Shown: positions 1 to 10,226, numbered from the stretch's first letter. The stretch is DNA of 64,000 nucleotides from Chloroflexota bacterium (GCA_963662335.2 CAXXVD010000003.1:96001-160000); one strand, 5' to 3'. Translations and numbers: made by a program. The notes: generated by a model not told the origin, from the sequence alone.

Positions 1-1091
1 GCCGAGGCCGCCGCCGGGTCGATCAGCGCGCTGCGCTCCGCCGCGTATTCCTTGCTCAAGAGACGCTCCAGCGGCACGTTGGCGAACGCCGGATCGCCGT
101 AGTAGGTCTCCCGGTCGGCAAAGGCCAGCTTCGCCGCCTCGACCACGGTGTGGATGTACTCAGGCGTGTTGTGCCCCATGGCGGCCAGGTCGAACCGCTC
201 CAGCAGCGTGAGTTGCTGCAGGAAGACCGGCCCCTGGCACCAGGGCCCGCACTTGTAGACGTCCAGGCCGCGATAGTTCACCGTGACCGGCGGCTCGACC
301 TTGGTGCGGAACGCGGCGAAGTCCTCCGCCGTGATCAGGCCGCGATGCCTCTGGCCGTTGGCGTCGAGCACCGCCGTTTCCGCCGCGAACGCCGCGGCCG
401 TCGCCGCCACCTCGCCCCGGTAGAAGTAGTCGAGGGCGGCGCGCAATCCCGCTTCCCGCCCGAGATTTCGCTCCCGCGTTTCGGCGTCTATGGCCCCTTG
501 GAAGGTGCGCGCCCAATCGGGCTGCCGCCAGATGGAACCCACCGCCGGCGCGGCGCCATCGAGCAGGAACGCCCGCGCCGAACTGGGCCACTGGGCGCGA
601 AATTTTTCCGCCTGGTTGCCAAGCGCGCGGCTCAGCTCCGGGTACATGGGAAAGCCGTCGCGCGCCAGATCCACCACCGGGCCCAGCGTCTCCGCCAGGC
701 TCAAGCGCCCGAAGCGCAGCAGCGAGGTCACCCACGCGCCAAACGCGCCCGGCACCGTGGCGGGCAGAAAGCCGTCGCCGGGAATCAGGTCGATGTTCTG
801 CGCGCGAAACCACTCGATGGTCGCCCGCTTGGGGGACATGCCCTGGCCGTTGACGGCAACCGGCTGCGGCCCGCCGTCGCCGGCGCGGTGGATGAGGATG
901 GGCGACTCGCCGCCGATGCCGTTGGCGTGGGGTTTGAGCAGGTTGAGGGCAAAGCCGGCCGCCACGCCGGCGTCGATGGCGTTGCCGCCGGCGTCCAGCA
1001 CGCGCATGCCGATTTCGGTTGCCAGGTAATGCCCCGTGGCCACGACGCCGTGCGTGCCCATGATGACGGGGCGTGTCGTAAACTCTGCCAT
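1..1091 (-). CDS. ggt: gamma-glutamyltransferase family protein (5' part; runs off the window edge)
   Basis: Hand translation from ATG at 1091: MAEFTTRPVIMGTHGVVATGHYLATEIGMRVLDAGGNAIDAGVAAGFAL...GIGG, the typical GGT N-terminus; AAGGAG upstream; not in the ORF track. Confidence 0.85.
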   Translation of the reverse strand, partial: MAEFTTRPVIMGTHGVVATGHYLATEIGMRVLDAGGNAIDAGVAAGFALNLLKPHANGIGGESPILIHRAGDGGPQPVAVNGQGMSPKRATIEWFRAQNIDLIPGDGFLPATVPGAFGAWVTSLLRFGRLSLAETLGPVVDLARDGFPMYPELSRALGNQAEKFRAQWPSSARAFLLDGAAPAVGSIWRQPDWARTFQGAIDAETRERNLGREAGLRAALDYFYRGEVAATAAAFAAETAVLDANGQRHRGLITAEDFAAFRTKVEPPVTVNYRGLDVYKCGPWCQGPVFLQQLTLLERFDLAAMGHNTPEYIHTVVEAAKLAFADRETYYGDPAFANVPLERLLSKEYAAERSALIDPAAAS

Positions 1092-1322
1092 GTGCTCTGT
1101 TCGCTCCTTATGCCGTGCAGGGCCTGCGGATAGCTCCCATAGCGCGCCACGATCGGCCAGCCGGCCGCCTCAGACAGGTTCATTGAACGAGATACTGCAC
1201 AAAACGTAGCACGACAATGTTCAATCCGCAAACGCCAGTGCATGGGATTTGCGAATACTCGAAAGCGTACCCTGCGCACAACAGACCCATGCCGTCTTAG
1301 TCAGCGCCTCTCGTGCCGACGT

Positions 1323-1373
1323 GGCCGTTTATACTTCGACAAGGGCTTCGCGCAGCCCTCAGCACGAACGGCC
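1323..1373. repeat. REP-like palindrome, family C (CCGTTCG...CTGAG/TCGAAG...CGAACGG)
   Basis: Imperfect inverted repeat; related copies at 4955-5088 and 23795-23985. Confidence 0.6.
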
Positions 1374-1532
1374 GCGTGAACGCACCTTAGTCGCCGTTTT
1401 GGCGTAGCGTTAGCAGCATATGCTTTACAAGAGCATCAAAGAATTGCTCAACCCGGCTGCGTGTAGTCACCAACTCACGGCAGTGGTACGATTCGTGGAG
1501 TAACCTCGTTTCAATTCTCCATTCTCCAATCC

Positions 1533-2891
1533 ATGAGACCACAACCTACCAAGCCCGTGCCCGAAACTCCCCTCGACCTCGGCGACAACTTGCGCCTGCG
1601 CTTTGCCGTATCCGCTGATTTCGAGGCCTGGGTTGACTTCAATGAGCGCATGCGCGAGTACGACCCGTCCTCAAACCGCATTGGCGTCTGGGCCCACGAA
1701 CTCATGTCCGGCCGGCATCCCACGACGCGAGCCAGCGACTTCACGGTGGTAGAGGACATGCGTACCGGCAAGATCGTCTCGTCCCTCTGCCTGATCCCGC
1801 AGACGTGGTCGTATGGCGGCATGCCGTTTGGCTGCAGCCGCATCGAGCAGGTGGGCACCGACCCGGCGTACCGGCGGCGGGGCCTCATCCGCAAGCAGAT
1901 GGACGTGATCCACGCGCTCAGTGAGACCAAAGGGGAGTTGCTGCAAGCCGTCACCGGCATCCCGTGGTATTACCGGCAGTTTGGCTATGAATACGCCCTG
2001 GACCTTTACTACGGCCGCGTGGTGCGCGTGTCGCCGCCTAACCCAGAAAACACAACGCAGTATCGTGTCCGGCCCCTCATCGACTCCGACAAAGCCTTTG
2101 TCCGCGAAGTCTACGCGCATGCCGCCCAACGGCAGCCTTACAGTGTGGTACGCTCCGACGTGCACTGGGAATGGGAGTTCTCCGGCCGAACGCCTGACAG
2201 CGAGGTCTATAGGCCGTGGCTCATCGTCGAGGACGCGACGCATAGGCCGGTTGGCTTCATCCAGCACCACCCCCTCCTGCCTTCCACAAAGCCGGACCCT
2301 TGGCGCCTCGTGATCCGCCAATGCGCCCTCGCGTCCGGCGTAAGTCACCTCAACGTCGTACCGGACCTGCTTACGGAACTATCGAGGTATGTCCAATCAC
2401 AGAGGAACCCTGACTACAACGCAGAAACCACGCAGCCGGGCGAAATCGTGTTCTTTCTGGGACGCGACGACCCTCTCTATGCCGGTCTGCCAGCCTCGAA
2501 ACGGTCTTCCATGTGGGGTTATGCCTGGTATATTCGCATACCGGATTTGGCGGCATTTCTCCGCCACGTACGGCCCGCACTGGAGAAGCACCTCTTGGGA
2601 ACACCGGCGGAAGGCTACACCGGCGCGCTCACCCTGGATTTCTTCCAGAGTGGATTGCGGCTTGAATTCGCGCAGGGCAAGATCACTGAGATTAAGAATC
2701 TAGACCACAAGGAAATCGAGTCCAGCGACGCCAGCTTCCCCGACCTGACCTTCCTGCAATTGCTCGGCGGACGCCGCGCCTACGCCCAGCTAAAGGAGAG
2801 CTATCCCGACTGCAGCGCCACACCAACCGCCCAGTCCTTGCTCGCGGCGCTCTTTCCGCCGTTTACGGGAAATCTGTGGCACTCGGATTAG
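1533..2891 (+). CDS. GNAT family N-acetyltransferase (Eis-like)
   Basis: VGTDPAYRRRGL acetyl-CoA motif A, YYRQFGYE motif, 452 aa with Eis-like C-terminal region. Confidence 0.8.
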   Translation: MRPQPTKPVPETPLDLGDNLRLRFAVSADFEAWVDFNERMREYDPSSNRIGVWAHELMSGRHPTTRASDFTVVEDMRTGKIVSSLCLIPQTWSYGGMPFGCSRIEQVGTDPAYRRRGLIRKQMDVIHALSETKGELLQAVTGIPWYYRQFGYEYALDLYYGRVVRVSPPNPENTTQYRVRPLIDSDKAFVREVYAHAAQRQPYSVVRSDVHWEWEFSGRTPDSEVYRPWLIVEDATHRPVGFIQHHPLLPSTKPDPWRLVIRQCALASGVSHLNVVPDLLTELSRYVQSQRNPDYNAETTQPGEIVFFLGRDDPLYAGLPASKRSSMWGYAWYIRIPDLAAFLRHVRPALEKHLLGTPAEGYTGALTLDFFQSGLRLEFAQGKITEIKNLDHKEIESSDASFPDLTFLQLLGGRRAYAQLKESYPDCSATPTAQSLLAALFPPFTGNLWHSD

Positions 2892-2981
2892 ATTCAGTCT
2901 TTTTGGTAAGGGATTTTCGTCAATGGCTGAAAGCATCTCTTTCCCGCTACTTTGCATAGGAGCTAGTATGAGAATAAGACC

Positions 2982-4145
2982 ATGCCAGTTGAGTGGTATT
3001 CAATACGGACAAACACTATGAGCGACTCAAGTACAGAATTGCTGCAAATGGCCGAAGTCATGGATCAATTGGCTGCGCGTGGCCGGCAAGAAGAGATCCA
3101 GCAACCGCTTGCTCGGCTGAAACAGGCCGCCGAGGAAATAGAGAAAGCTTGGAGCGGTGCATGGTTCGGCTACCACGCTAACGTGTACTACAAAGATCTA
3201 CAACCACCACCACCGGGGGCGCATTTCAGCCAGGAATGGGGGTTCAAGGTTGTCGAGTTTCATGGCACTACCGGGCAATGGGTCGAATTCGATGCAGAAG
3301 ACGTTGAAAAAGCGATCTATGAACGTGCAGGCAATCCTGACATTGGGCCTGCTCACAAGTTCAATGATGAAGCTTCCAGGGAGTTCCAAGCGTTCAAGTT
3401 GGATCTACTTTCAATTTTAGAAATAGAAATGGGTGGATCAGATTCTTCCTTTCTGCTGCAATTGAAAAAAAGTGTGGACAGACTAGCAGTTCTGACTGAG
3501 CACGAGTTGATTGACCGCTGGACGCCTGCGAAGCTAATGACACGTGATTCAATTGCTTCGAGTCAAGGACGCTGGATCCCACCGCATATTGCCGCTCTCT
3601 CACAAGTTGAAGCGATCCTGCAAACGATATACACGGTTACGAAGTTCGTAGAGTTGACTAGACAAGCCGAATCACACATTTCACGGAAGGGGCGCAGGCA
3701 AGTGGATAGTGGAGCTATTGGTAGGAATGTGTTCATAGGCCATGGCCGTTCACTGGTCTGGCTCGAACTACAGAATTTCCTTCAGAATCGTCTGCACCTG
3801 CCAGTCGATGACTTCAACCGGGTCCCGACTGCTGGGAAAACGAACGTGGAACGCCTATCTGAAATGATGGATAGTGCCAATTTTGCCTTTCTCGTATTGA
3901 CGGGAGAAGACGAACAATCTTCTGGACAGGTACATGCTCGCCTGAATGTGATCCATGAAGCTGGACTATTCCAAGGAAGACTAGGGTTTAAACGCGCGAT
4001 AATTCTGCTTGAGGAAAACTGCGAGGAGTTCAGCAACATCGCAGGCCTTGTGCAACTAAGGTTTCAAAAGGACAACATAAAGTCAGTGTTTGAGGAAGTC
4101 AGGCAGGTCCTAGAGCGGGAAGGGATATTGGAGACTGGCCCATAG
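2982..4145 (+). CDS. TIR-domain (CAP12/Pycsar-type, PF10137-like) protein with an unknown N-terminal domain; start may be 3018
   Basis: C-terminal VFIGHGRS...FAFLVLTGED...ARLNVIHEAGLFQGRLG...EEFSNI; AT-richer than the flanks. Confidence 0.85.
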   Translation: MPVEWYSIRTNTMSDSSTELLQMAEVMDQLAARGRQEEIQQPLARLKQAAEEIEKAWSGAWFGYHANVYYKDLQPPPPGAHFSQEWGFKVVEFHGTTGQWVEFDAEDVEKAIYERAGNPDIGPAHKFNDEASREFQAFKLDLLSILEIEMGGSDSSFLLQLKKSVDRLAVLTEHELIDRWTPAKLMTRDSIASSQGRWIPPHIAALSQVEAILQTIYTVTKFVELTRQAESHISRKGRRQVDSGAIGRNVFIGHGRSLVWLELQNFLQNRLHLPVDDFNRVPTAGKTNVERLSEMMDSANFAFLVLTGEDEQSSGQVHARLNVIHEAGLFQGRLGFKRAIILLEENCEEFSNIAGLVQLRFQKDNIKSVFEEVRQVLEREGILETGP

Positions 4146-4157
4146 TTCGCCTAGTGG

Positions 4158-4919
4158 TTACTGCGCCGTGTAGCCGCCGTCCACCGGCAGCGCCGCGCCG
4201 GTGACGAACGACGCGGCGTCGGAGCAGAGCCACACCACCACTTCAGCCACTTCCTCCGGGCTGGCGAAGCGTTCGTTGGGCTGGGAGGCCAGCAGCCGTT
4301 CGCCCACCTGGGGATTGCGGGTCACCAGGGTTTCCAGCATGGGGCTGTAGACCGCGGCCGGGCAGACGCAATTGACGCGGATACCGTGGGGGGCGTACTG
4401 GAGCGCCGCCGTCTTGGTGAGGCCGACCACGCCGTGCTTGCTGGCGGCGTAGGCCGGGCTGTGCTGGCTGCCGACCAGACCCGCCACTGAGGACGTATTG
4501 ACAATTGCGCCGCCGCCGGTGCGGAGCAAGGCCGGGATCTCGTGCTTCATGCAGAGCCAGACGCCCTTGAGGTTCACGTCCAGCACGTCGTCCCAGTCCT
4601 CTTCCGTGAAGTCGATCATGGCCGCGCCGCTGCCCAGCGTGCCGGCGTTGTTGAAGGCGAAGTCCAGACGGCCAAAGGCGCGTACGGCAACCGCCACCAT
4701 GGTTTCCACGTCGGTCGCAACGCGCACGTCGGTCTTGACGAATGCGGCTCCCCCACCTGCTTGCGCAATCAGGTCCGCCGTTTCCTCCCCGCCCGCCGCG
4801 TCCACGTCCGCGACGACCACGCTGGCCCCGCCGCGCGCAAATCCAAGCGCCGCGGCGCGGCCAATGCCCGACGCCCCGCCGGTGACCAACGCTACCTTGC
4901 CCTCAAACGGACGTGACAC
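4158..4919 (-). CDS. SDR family oxidoreductase
   Basis: TGGASGIG, NNAG, YAASKHG motifs. Confidence 0.92.
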   Translation of the reverse strand: MSRPFEGKVALVTGGASGIGRAAALGFARGGASVVVADVDAAGGEETADLIAQAGGGAAFVKTDVRVATDVETMVAVAVRAFGRLDFAFNNAGTLGSGAAMIDFTEEDWDDVLDVNLKGVWLCMKHEIPALLRTGGGAIVNTSSVAGLVGSQHSPAYAASKHGVVGLTKTAALQYAPHGIRVNCVCPAAVYSPMLETLVTRNPQVGERLLASQPNERFASPEEVAEVVVWLCSDAASFVTGAALPVDGGYTAQ

Positions 4920-4954
4920 GTGAACGCTCCTTACCCTGAAAATAGCGTGACCGA

Positions 4955-5137
4955 GCCGTTCGCCCTGAGCGGGGTCGAAGGGTGAACGGCGGATTGAGCG
5001 TGTAGCTACTCCGCCCGCACATCTCTCCGTTCGTGCTGAGGGCTTCGCGCAGCCCCTGTCGAAGTATGAACGGAGAGATGTGCGGGCGTTTTCATTCCCT
5101 TCTGTGGCTGGCAGGCGGGGGACAAGCCCCCGCGCTA
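4955..5137. repeat. cluster of REP-like palindromes (two family C hairpins and one GTAG-type family B, GTAGCGCGGGGGCTTGTCCCCCGC)
   Basis: Long hairpin 5012-5088; family B also at about 24041, 26996, 34940, 43941, 52584 and 52765. Confidence 0.75.
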
Positions 5138-5163
5138 CGGTGGAGCCGGCGTTGCGACGGCGT

Positions 5164-6108
5164 CTAGCGCGCTACCGCCGCGCCGGTAGCGGCGCTCGCC
5201 TTCGCCACGTAGGGCGCCATGTAGTCCCGGAACTGCCGCGCGCAGTTGTCCAGGTTGTCCAGGCCGCCGCCGCCGCGCAGGGAGGAGCACATCTCGTAGG
5301 CCACCGTGCCGGTGTAGCCGGTTTCGCTGAGCGTCTCGAAGAAGGTCGGGTAGTCGATCAAGCCCTCGCCCATAGGCACCGCCAACATGCGCGCCGGTTC
5401 CGCCGCGTAATTCACCAATGCCGGTTCGTAGCGGTAGCGCGGCAGGGCAACGTAGTCGGCCGCCGTGGTGTAGGCGATGAAGGGCGCCATGCGGCGCACG
5501 GCGTCCGCCAGCGCCTCGCCGCGCAGGCCGTGCAGGGCAGGCGACCAGGCGTCGAAGGCCGCGCGGCAGTTGGGATGGTCCACCTCGGCGAGCAGTTGGT
5601 ACATGCTCTCGTAGCCCGCGGCGATGTCGTGGTGGTTCTGCACCGTGAGCGTCACGCCGAAGTCGGCCGCCAGCCGCGCCGCCTCGCGCAGGCCGGTGAC
5701 AACGCTCGTCCAACCGGCGTCGTAGGAGAGGCCCTCCCGCTCGTAGCCGGTAAAGATGCGGATCGCGGGGCAATCCAGGTCCCGCGCCAGCGCCGCCAAT
5801 TCCGCGATGTAGACGATCTGGTGCTCCCAGAAGGGCACGTCGGGACGGTCGGGGCCGACGGTAAAGTCATTGTAGCCGGCCAGCGAATGCACGCGCAGGC
5901 CGTGCTCCGCCAGCAGCGCGCGCAGCGCGGCGCGCTTTTTCGGCTGATGCGCGGGATAGTCGAGCAGAGAGAGATGGGGCCGCTTGGCGACCAGCATCAC
6001 GCCTTCGAATCCGAGCGCGGCCGCGCGGGGTATGAATTCCTCCAGCGTCAGCCGCTCCTGTCCCGGCCACACGCCTGCGTAGCTGACCGAATGTAACGCC
6101 AATTGCAT
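5164..6108 (-). CDS. sugar phosphate isomerase/epimerase (xylose isomerase-like TIM barrel)
   Basis: QNHHD, FDAW, VPMGEGLIDY, YTGTVAYEMC motifs. Confidence 0.8.
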   Translation of the reverse strand: MQLALHSVSYAGVWPGQERLTLEEFIPRAAALGFEGVMLVAKRPHLSLLDYPAHQPKKRAALRALLAEHGLRVHSLAGYNDFTVGPDRPDVPFWEHQIVYIAELAALARDLDCPAIRIFTGYEREGLSYDAGWTSVVTGLREAARLAADFGVTLTVQNHHDIAAGYESMYQLLAEVDHPNCRAAFDAWSPALHGLRGEALADAVRRMAPFIAYTTAADYVALPRYRYEPALVNYAAEPARMLAVPMGEGLIDYPTFFETLSETGYTGTVAYEMCSSLRGGGGLDNLDNCARQFRDYMAPYVAKASAATGAAVAR

Positions 6109-6163
6109 GATCGTCGCTCCTCGTTCTACTGCTTACGCTTGCTACCGCTCTGCATTGCCTCAT

Positions 6164-8821
6164 TCAGGAGAGGCGAACCTCCTTGGTCGGTCTGCCATTG
6201 ACCGCCGCGCCGCGTTCGGCCTGGCCGTTTGCCGTGGTGTGCGGCGCGGGCAACGACGCCGGCGGCGCTGCCACCGCGGTCCCGGCGCGCGGCGCCGCTT
6301 CCACAGTGGCGCCACTGGCGCTGTTCTGCGGCGCATCGTCCCGGCCGGCTGCCGTGTTACCGGCGCTGGGTGACTCCCCATTGGCCGGAAAATCGGAAAC
6401 CTGCGCCGCGTCCGGCCCGGCAGCGGCGGAATCCGGTTCCGCCCGCGCGCCCGGCGGAGCGGGCGGGGCCGACTGTGGCTCCGGCGCAGCCGGAGATTGC
6501 GCCGGCGGAGCGCCTGTTGGGGGGCTTGACGCCGCTGCGGCCTGCGTTGGGGATGGCGCTTCGTCCGCCGCAGCCGTAGTCCCGGTTGCGCTCTCGGTTG
6601 TAGGCGCGGCTGAGGTGCCGCTCTCCAACGCAAGTTGCGCCACGTGCAGCAGGCGCGCCCGCAGCGCGTCGTTCTCGGCGCGCAGGGACTTCAGGGAAGC
6701 CGCCTCCAGCTTCGCCTGCATTTCTTGCGCCAGAATTGCGGCTTGCTGGGCCAGGGCCGTTTCCATCTGCTTCTGCTGGGTCAGGTCGCGCACCAGGCAC
6801 AGGAACTGGTCTGCCGCCAGCGCCGCCACGCCGCCGGCCAGCGCCTGGCCGCCCACCGGATGGCAGGTGAACCGCTGCGGTTGCCCCTCGCTCCGCGCGC
6901 GCTCGATGGCCGCCATGATTTGCGACGCCAGGTCTACCGGCAAGACTTCCCGCGCCTTGGCGTCCACGATGCTCTCTCCGTCGCGCGGGCCAAAGCTCTC
7001 GGCGGGCTTGCACTCCAGTATCGTGCCGTCGGCGCGCACGCGCAGCAGGAGATCCGGCAGGAGCGACCGCAGGGCGCGGCCGGTCTGTTCCGCCGATTCC
7101 AGCGCCGCCGCCTGCTCGCCCTGCAGCCGTTCCAGGTGACCGCGCAGTTCCTGATTCTCGTCTTCGCTCTCCTGGAGTTGCGCCGCGGCCTCCTCGAGTT
7201 CCGAGACGTCGCGCAGCCGGCACAGCACCGCGTCAGCCGCGCAGGGCGCGACCCGCACCGCCAACGCCTGGCCGCTGCCGCGCACGAACGAAAACTCCTG
7301 CACCGCGTCGCGTGCCAGGGCCGCGTCCGCCGCGGCGAGCAGCGGCGCCACGTCGTCGCCTTGAAAGACCTCCCGCACGTGCTTGCCCGCGAACACGTCC
7401 GCATAGGTTGCGGTTTCCGCGCCGGCCGGCGGTTGGAGGTCCTGGATTGCGCCCGCCCGCGTCATCTGGATGAGCCAATCGCCCGTCACGCGCCGCAGGG
7501 ACTCCGCCGCGCGGCGCTGCAATTCCAACTCCTGCTGCGCGCGCGCCTGGGCAGTTTGATCGCGTATGACGCAGAGCGCTTCGCCGGCGGCGCGCTGGGT
7601 CACGGTGACGCCGAGCGCCGCGCTGCCGTCGGCAGCGGTGTACTCCAGCCGTTCCGTCTTGCCGCCTTGGAGCACGCGCCCGACGGCGGCCAGGATCGCC
7701 GCGGCTTGGTCGGACGGCAGCACGGCAGCGATATTCTTGCCCAGCAGGTCGCTGGGCAGGGCCGTGGGGCCAAAATCGGCGGCGGGCTTCCAGTCCGCCA
7801 GCGTGCCGTCGGCGCGCACGCACAGCAGCACGCCGTCGGTGGCGTTGCGCAGCGCGCGGTGGCTGGCCTGAAGGTCGTGCAAGGCCCGTTCCGGCCCGGA
7901 CACCGGCGGCGCTTCGTCAACAGTGGGTACCGGGGCGGCGCTGGCCGCGGCCGGCTGGGTTGTTTTCGTCTTCGGTGCGGCTGCGGTTTTGCGCGCTCTC
8001 GCGCCAGTCATAGTGCCAACGAACACGCAGCCGTAGCCCGCCACGACAAGCCCTTGCCCCAGGAGCAGCAGCGCCGCGAGCGGCCACGCGTTGAGCAGCG
8101 GCAAGCGCGCCAGGGCCGCGAGCGTGACGATGAAGGCGAGCAGCAGCCAGCGGGCAAAGGGCTCGGCGCGCCACCTGCCGCCGCGCAGCAGACCGCCAAT
8201 GCCGCCCAGCGTGAGCGCGGCCGCCAGCAGCAGTTCCGGTTGGGCCGCCAGTGGCGGCAGCGGCTGGCCCAAGACCCACGCCACGGCGTCCGGCGGCGGC
8301 GCGGGGAAGACCAGCGCGGCAACGGATACGATGAAGGCGAGCGTGGCGGCGGCCAGAAAGACGCCGGCCGGTTCCGCGCTGGAGGGGCGGCTCTGCCGGC
8401 TTGCCAGCAGGCTCAAGACCAGGAAGAAGCTGAAGAAGAGCGCGGGCAGCAGCGCGCCCCGCTGTACGGCGGCGGCGGCGAGCGGCGCGCCGGCGGCGCC
8501 AAGAACGCCGGCGTAGGCCGCGAAGTGAACGAGATGGAGCGCGGCGGCAACCCACAAACCGGCGCTGATGAGCAAGTAGGAATCGCGCCGGGCCGCATAG
8601 AACCGCTGAAGCGCCGCGCCGCCCGCGGCCAGCGCAACCGCGGCCGCCAGGACGAGGCCAAAGGCATAGACGGCCTGGCCGCTCGTCGCGTAGGCGTCGA
8701 AGCGCGCGGCGTACACGAGCGCCAAGAAGACAAACGCCGCGCCGTACGCGGCGCGTGTCCGGTTTTTCCGCAATACCGCCAGCATACGTTTGAGTGTAGA
8801 GGACACGTTGCGCGTTTTCAA
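6164..8821 (-). CDS. membrane sensor-like protein: MASE3-like multi-TM region, three PAS-like repeats, coiled coils, Pro/Ala-rich tail
   Basis: About 8 hydrophobic segments, then three repeats of L(L/I)xxxxxGx(I/L)xxxxP...LCx(I/L/V)RDx(T/S); true start uncertain. Confidence 0.65.
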   Translation of the reverse strand: MKTRNVSSTLKRMLAVLRKNRTRAAYGAAFVFLALVYAARFDAYATSGQAVYAFGLVLAAAVALAAGGAALQRFYAARRDSYLLISAGLWVAAALHLVHFAAYAGVLGAAGAPLAAAAVQRGALLPALFFSFFLVLSLLASRQSRPSSAEPAGVFLAAATLAFIVSVAALVFPAPPPDAVAWVLGQPLPPLAAQPELLLAAALTLGGIGGLLRGGRWRAEPFARWLLLAFIVTLAALARLPLLNAWPLAALLLLGQGLVVAGYGCVFVGTMTGARARKTAAAPKTKTTQPAAASAAPVPTVDEAPPVSGPERALHDLQASHRALRNATDGVLLCVRADGTLADWKPAADFGPTALPSDLLGKNIAAVLPSDQAAAILAAVGRVLQGGKTERLEYTAADGSAALGVTVTQRAAGEALCVIRDQTAQARAQQELELQRRAAESLRRVTGDWLIQMTRAGAIQDLQPPAGAETATYADVFAGKHVREVFQGDDVAPLLAAADAALARDAVQEFSFVRGSGQALAVRVAPCAADAVLCRLRDVSELEEAAAQLQESEDENQELRGHLERLQGEQAAALESAEQTGRALRSLLPDLLLRVRADGTILECKPAESFGPRDGESIVDAKAREVLPVDLASQIMAAIERARSEGQPQRFTCHPVGGQALAGGVAALAADQFLCLVRDLTQQKQMETALAQQAAILAQEMQAKLEAASLKSLRAENDALRARLLHVAQLALESGTSAAPTTESATGTTAAADEAPSPTQAAAASSPPTGAPPAQSPAAPEPQSAPPAPPGARAEPDSAAAGPDAAQVSDFPANGESPSAGNTAAGRDDAPQNSASGATVEAAPRAGTAVAAPPASLPAPHTTANGQAERGAAVNGRPTKEVRLS

Positions 8822-8889
8822 ACGGCGGGCGCGCGAATCCGCGAGTCAACCGGAGGAGGCCCTTGCATAAGCCCCTTCCCCGCGAGGGG

Positions 8890-9082
8890 ATGATAGGGTA
8901 GGTGTTCCATATCCGACTTCACGTGTCTTTCCGAACGTAGCGTAGCGGAGTGTCGAACCCTGTTAGCGGAATCTAGAGCGCTGAGTCTATTGCACCGCGT
9001 AAAGCATGGACCCTAGATTCCTCGCCCCGCTCGGAATGACATGGCTCATGCAGTTTCATATAGTGAGCACTGATTCTGTCAA
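8890..9082. mobile_element. degenerate MITE (type A) carrying a family A REP palindrome
   Basis: TGATAGGGTAGG...GACTTCAC.TGTC.TTCCGAACG start matches the reverse complement of 35081-35229; ends CTGTCAA. Confidence 0.5.
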
Positions 9083-9226
9083 CGAATTACCTGACACTTA
9101 CAGGAATGACGGCCTTACACAATGGTCTCCTGAAGGCAAAGACCCGACGCGATCGGCGACGATTGTGGCTGGTAGGACTAGGGCTTAGCGGCGGCTGTGG
9201 CTGGCTGCTGCAGGGCTTGGCGGCGG

Positions 9227-10111
9227 TTAGCAGACCACGTCCTTGCCCTCGCTGCCGAAGACCGCCATGCGCTCTTCCTGTTCCGTGTGCGGGGTGCCGG
9301 CCGGGATGAAGTGGAACTGGAGCGCGCGGCGGCGGCTTTGGCTGCGGTTGGCCGGTGTGCCGTGGTGCATCAGGCCGTCGAAGAAGAGCACGCCGCCCGG
9401 TTCCAGCGGCACCGCCACGTCGCGGTTGAGGTCCAGGTGGTCGTCGCAAATCTGCCAGTCGCGCCGCCGGAAGTGCACCACCGGCCCCTCTTTGTGGGTG
9501 CCGGGCTTGACGTGCATGCAGCCGTTCTCCAGCGTGGCGGCGTCCAGCGCCGTCCATGTGCCCACGATCGGCGTGCCCATGGGCAGATTGAAGAAGGCGT
9601 GGTCCTGGTGCCAGGGCTTTTCGCGCCCGATGCCGGGCGGCTTGCTCAGAGCTTGGTCCGCGAAGAGTTCCGGCGCGGCGTCCAGCAGGCGGCGCACCAC
9701 CCGTTGCAGGTTCGGGTGCTCCGCCATGGCTTTCAAGCGCGGCTCCCACTCCACGAATACCTGTAACTTGCGCACGCAATCGAGTTGCCGCTCGGGCGAT
9801 AGCGTGCGCACGTAGGACTTGGATGAGCCTTCGAACTGCACGCCACGAAAGTCGGGGTACGCGCCGGTCACCAGGTCTTTGAATCCCGCCAACGCAGCCG
9901 CCACTTCCGCGGGCGTAAACACGCGTTGGATGACGAGAAAGCCGGTCTGGCGGTAGAACGCCACGTGCTCGTCGCTGAAGTCCGCTACGTCGGCGATCCC
10001 GCTGGCGCAATTGTCGTAGCGGTAGAGTTGCTCGTTGTACTGCTGGGCCTCGTGTTCGTCGAACGAGAGTTCCGCGGTATCGGCCTGTTCCTTGACCTGA
10101 ACCTGTGCCAT
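9227..10111 (-). CDS. phytanoyl-CoA dioxygenase (PhyH) family Fe/2OG dioxygenase
   Basis: KPPGIGREKPWHQD, WTALD.AT.ENGCM, HHGTPANRS..RRRA. Confidence 0.9.
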   Translation of the reverse strand: MAQVQVKEQADTAELSFDEHEAQQYNEQLYRYDNCASGIADVADFSDEHVAFYRQTGFLVIQRVFTPAEVAAALAGFKDLVTGAYPDFRGVQFEGSSKSYVRTLSPERQLDCVRKLQVFVEWEPRLKAMAEHPNLQRVVRRLLDAAPELFADQALSKPPGIGREKPWHQDHAFFNLPMGTPIVGTWTALDAATLENGCMHVKPGTHKEGPVVHFRRRDWQICDDHLDLNRDVAVPLEPGGVLFFDGLMHHGTPANRSQSRRRALQFHFIPAGTPHTEQEERMAVFGSEGKDVVC

Positions 10112-10226
10112 AGCATCCGTCCTCACGTGGCATCGTGACTAGGGGAAACGCGGATTCGCTTGTCCTAGATGGTAGAACCGTGCCTGCCTTACTGTCAAGC
10201 GCCGGGCGGGGCAAGAGCATCCCCGG

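Noticed and set aside
150-1133. Long plus-strand ORF and many similar antisense ORFs (e.g. 6635-8893, 16263-17747, 38328-39767, 61744-63231)
   Set aside because: Shadow ORFs opposite well-supported genes, expected in GC-rich DNA; no motifs.
1140-1300. AT-richer patch upstream of ggt as a gene remnant
   Set aside because: No recognisable protein motif in the frames read by eye.
2982-4145. TIR gene as part of a CBASS, Pycsar or Thoeris operon
   Set aside because: Neighbours are a GNAT and an SDR; no cyclase or ThsA-like gene is adjacent.
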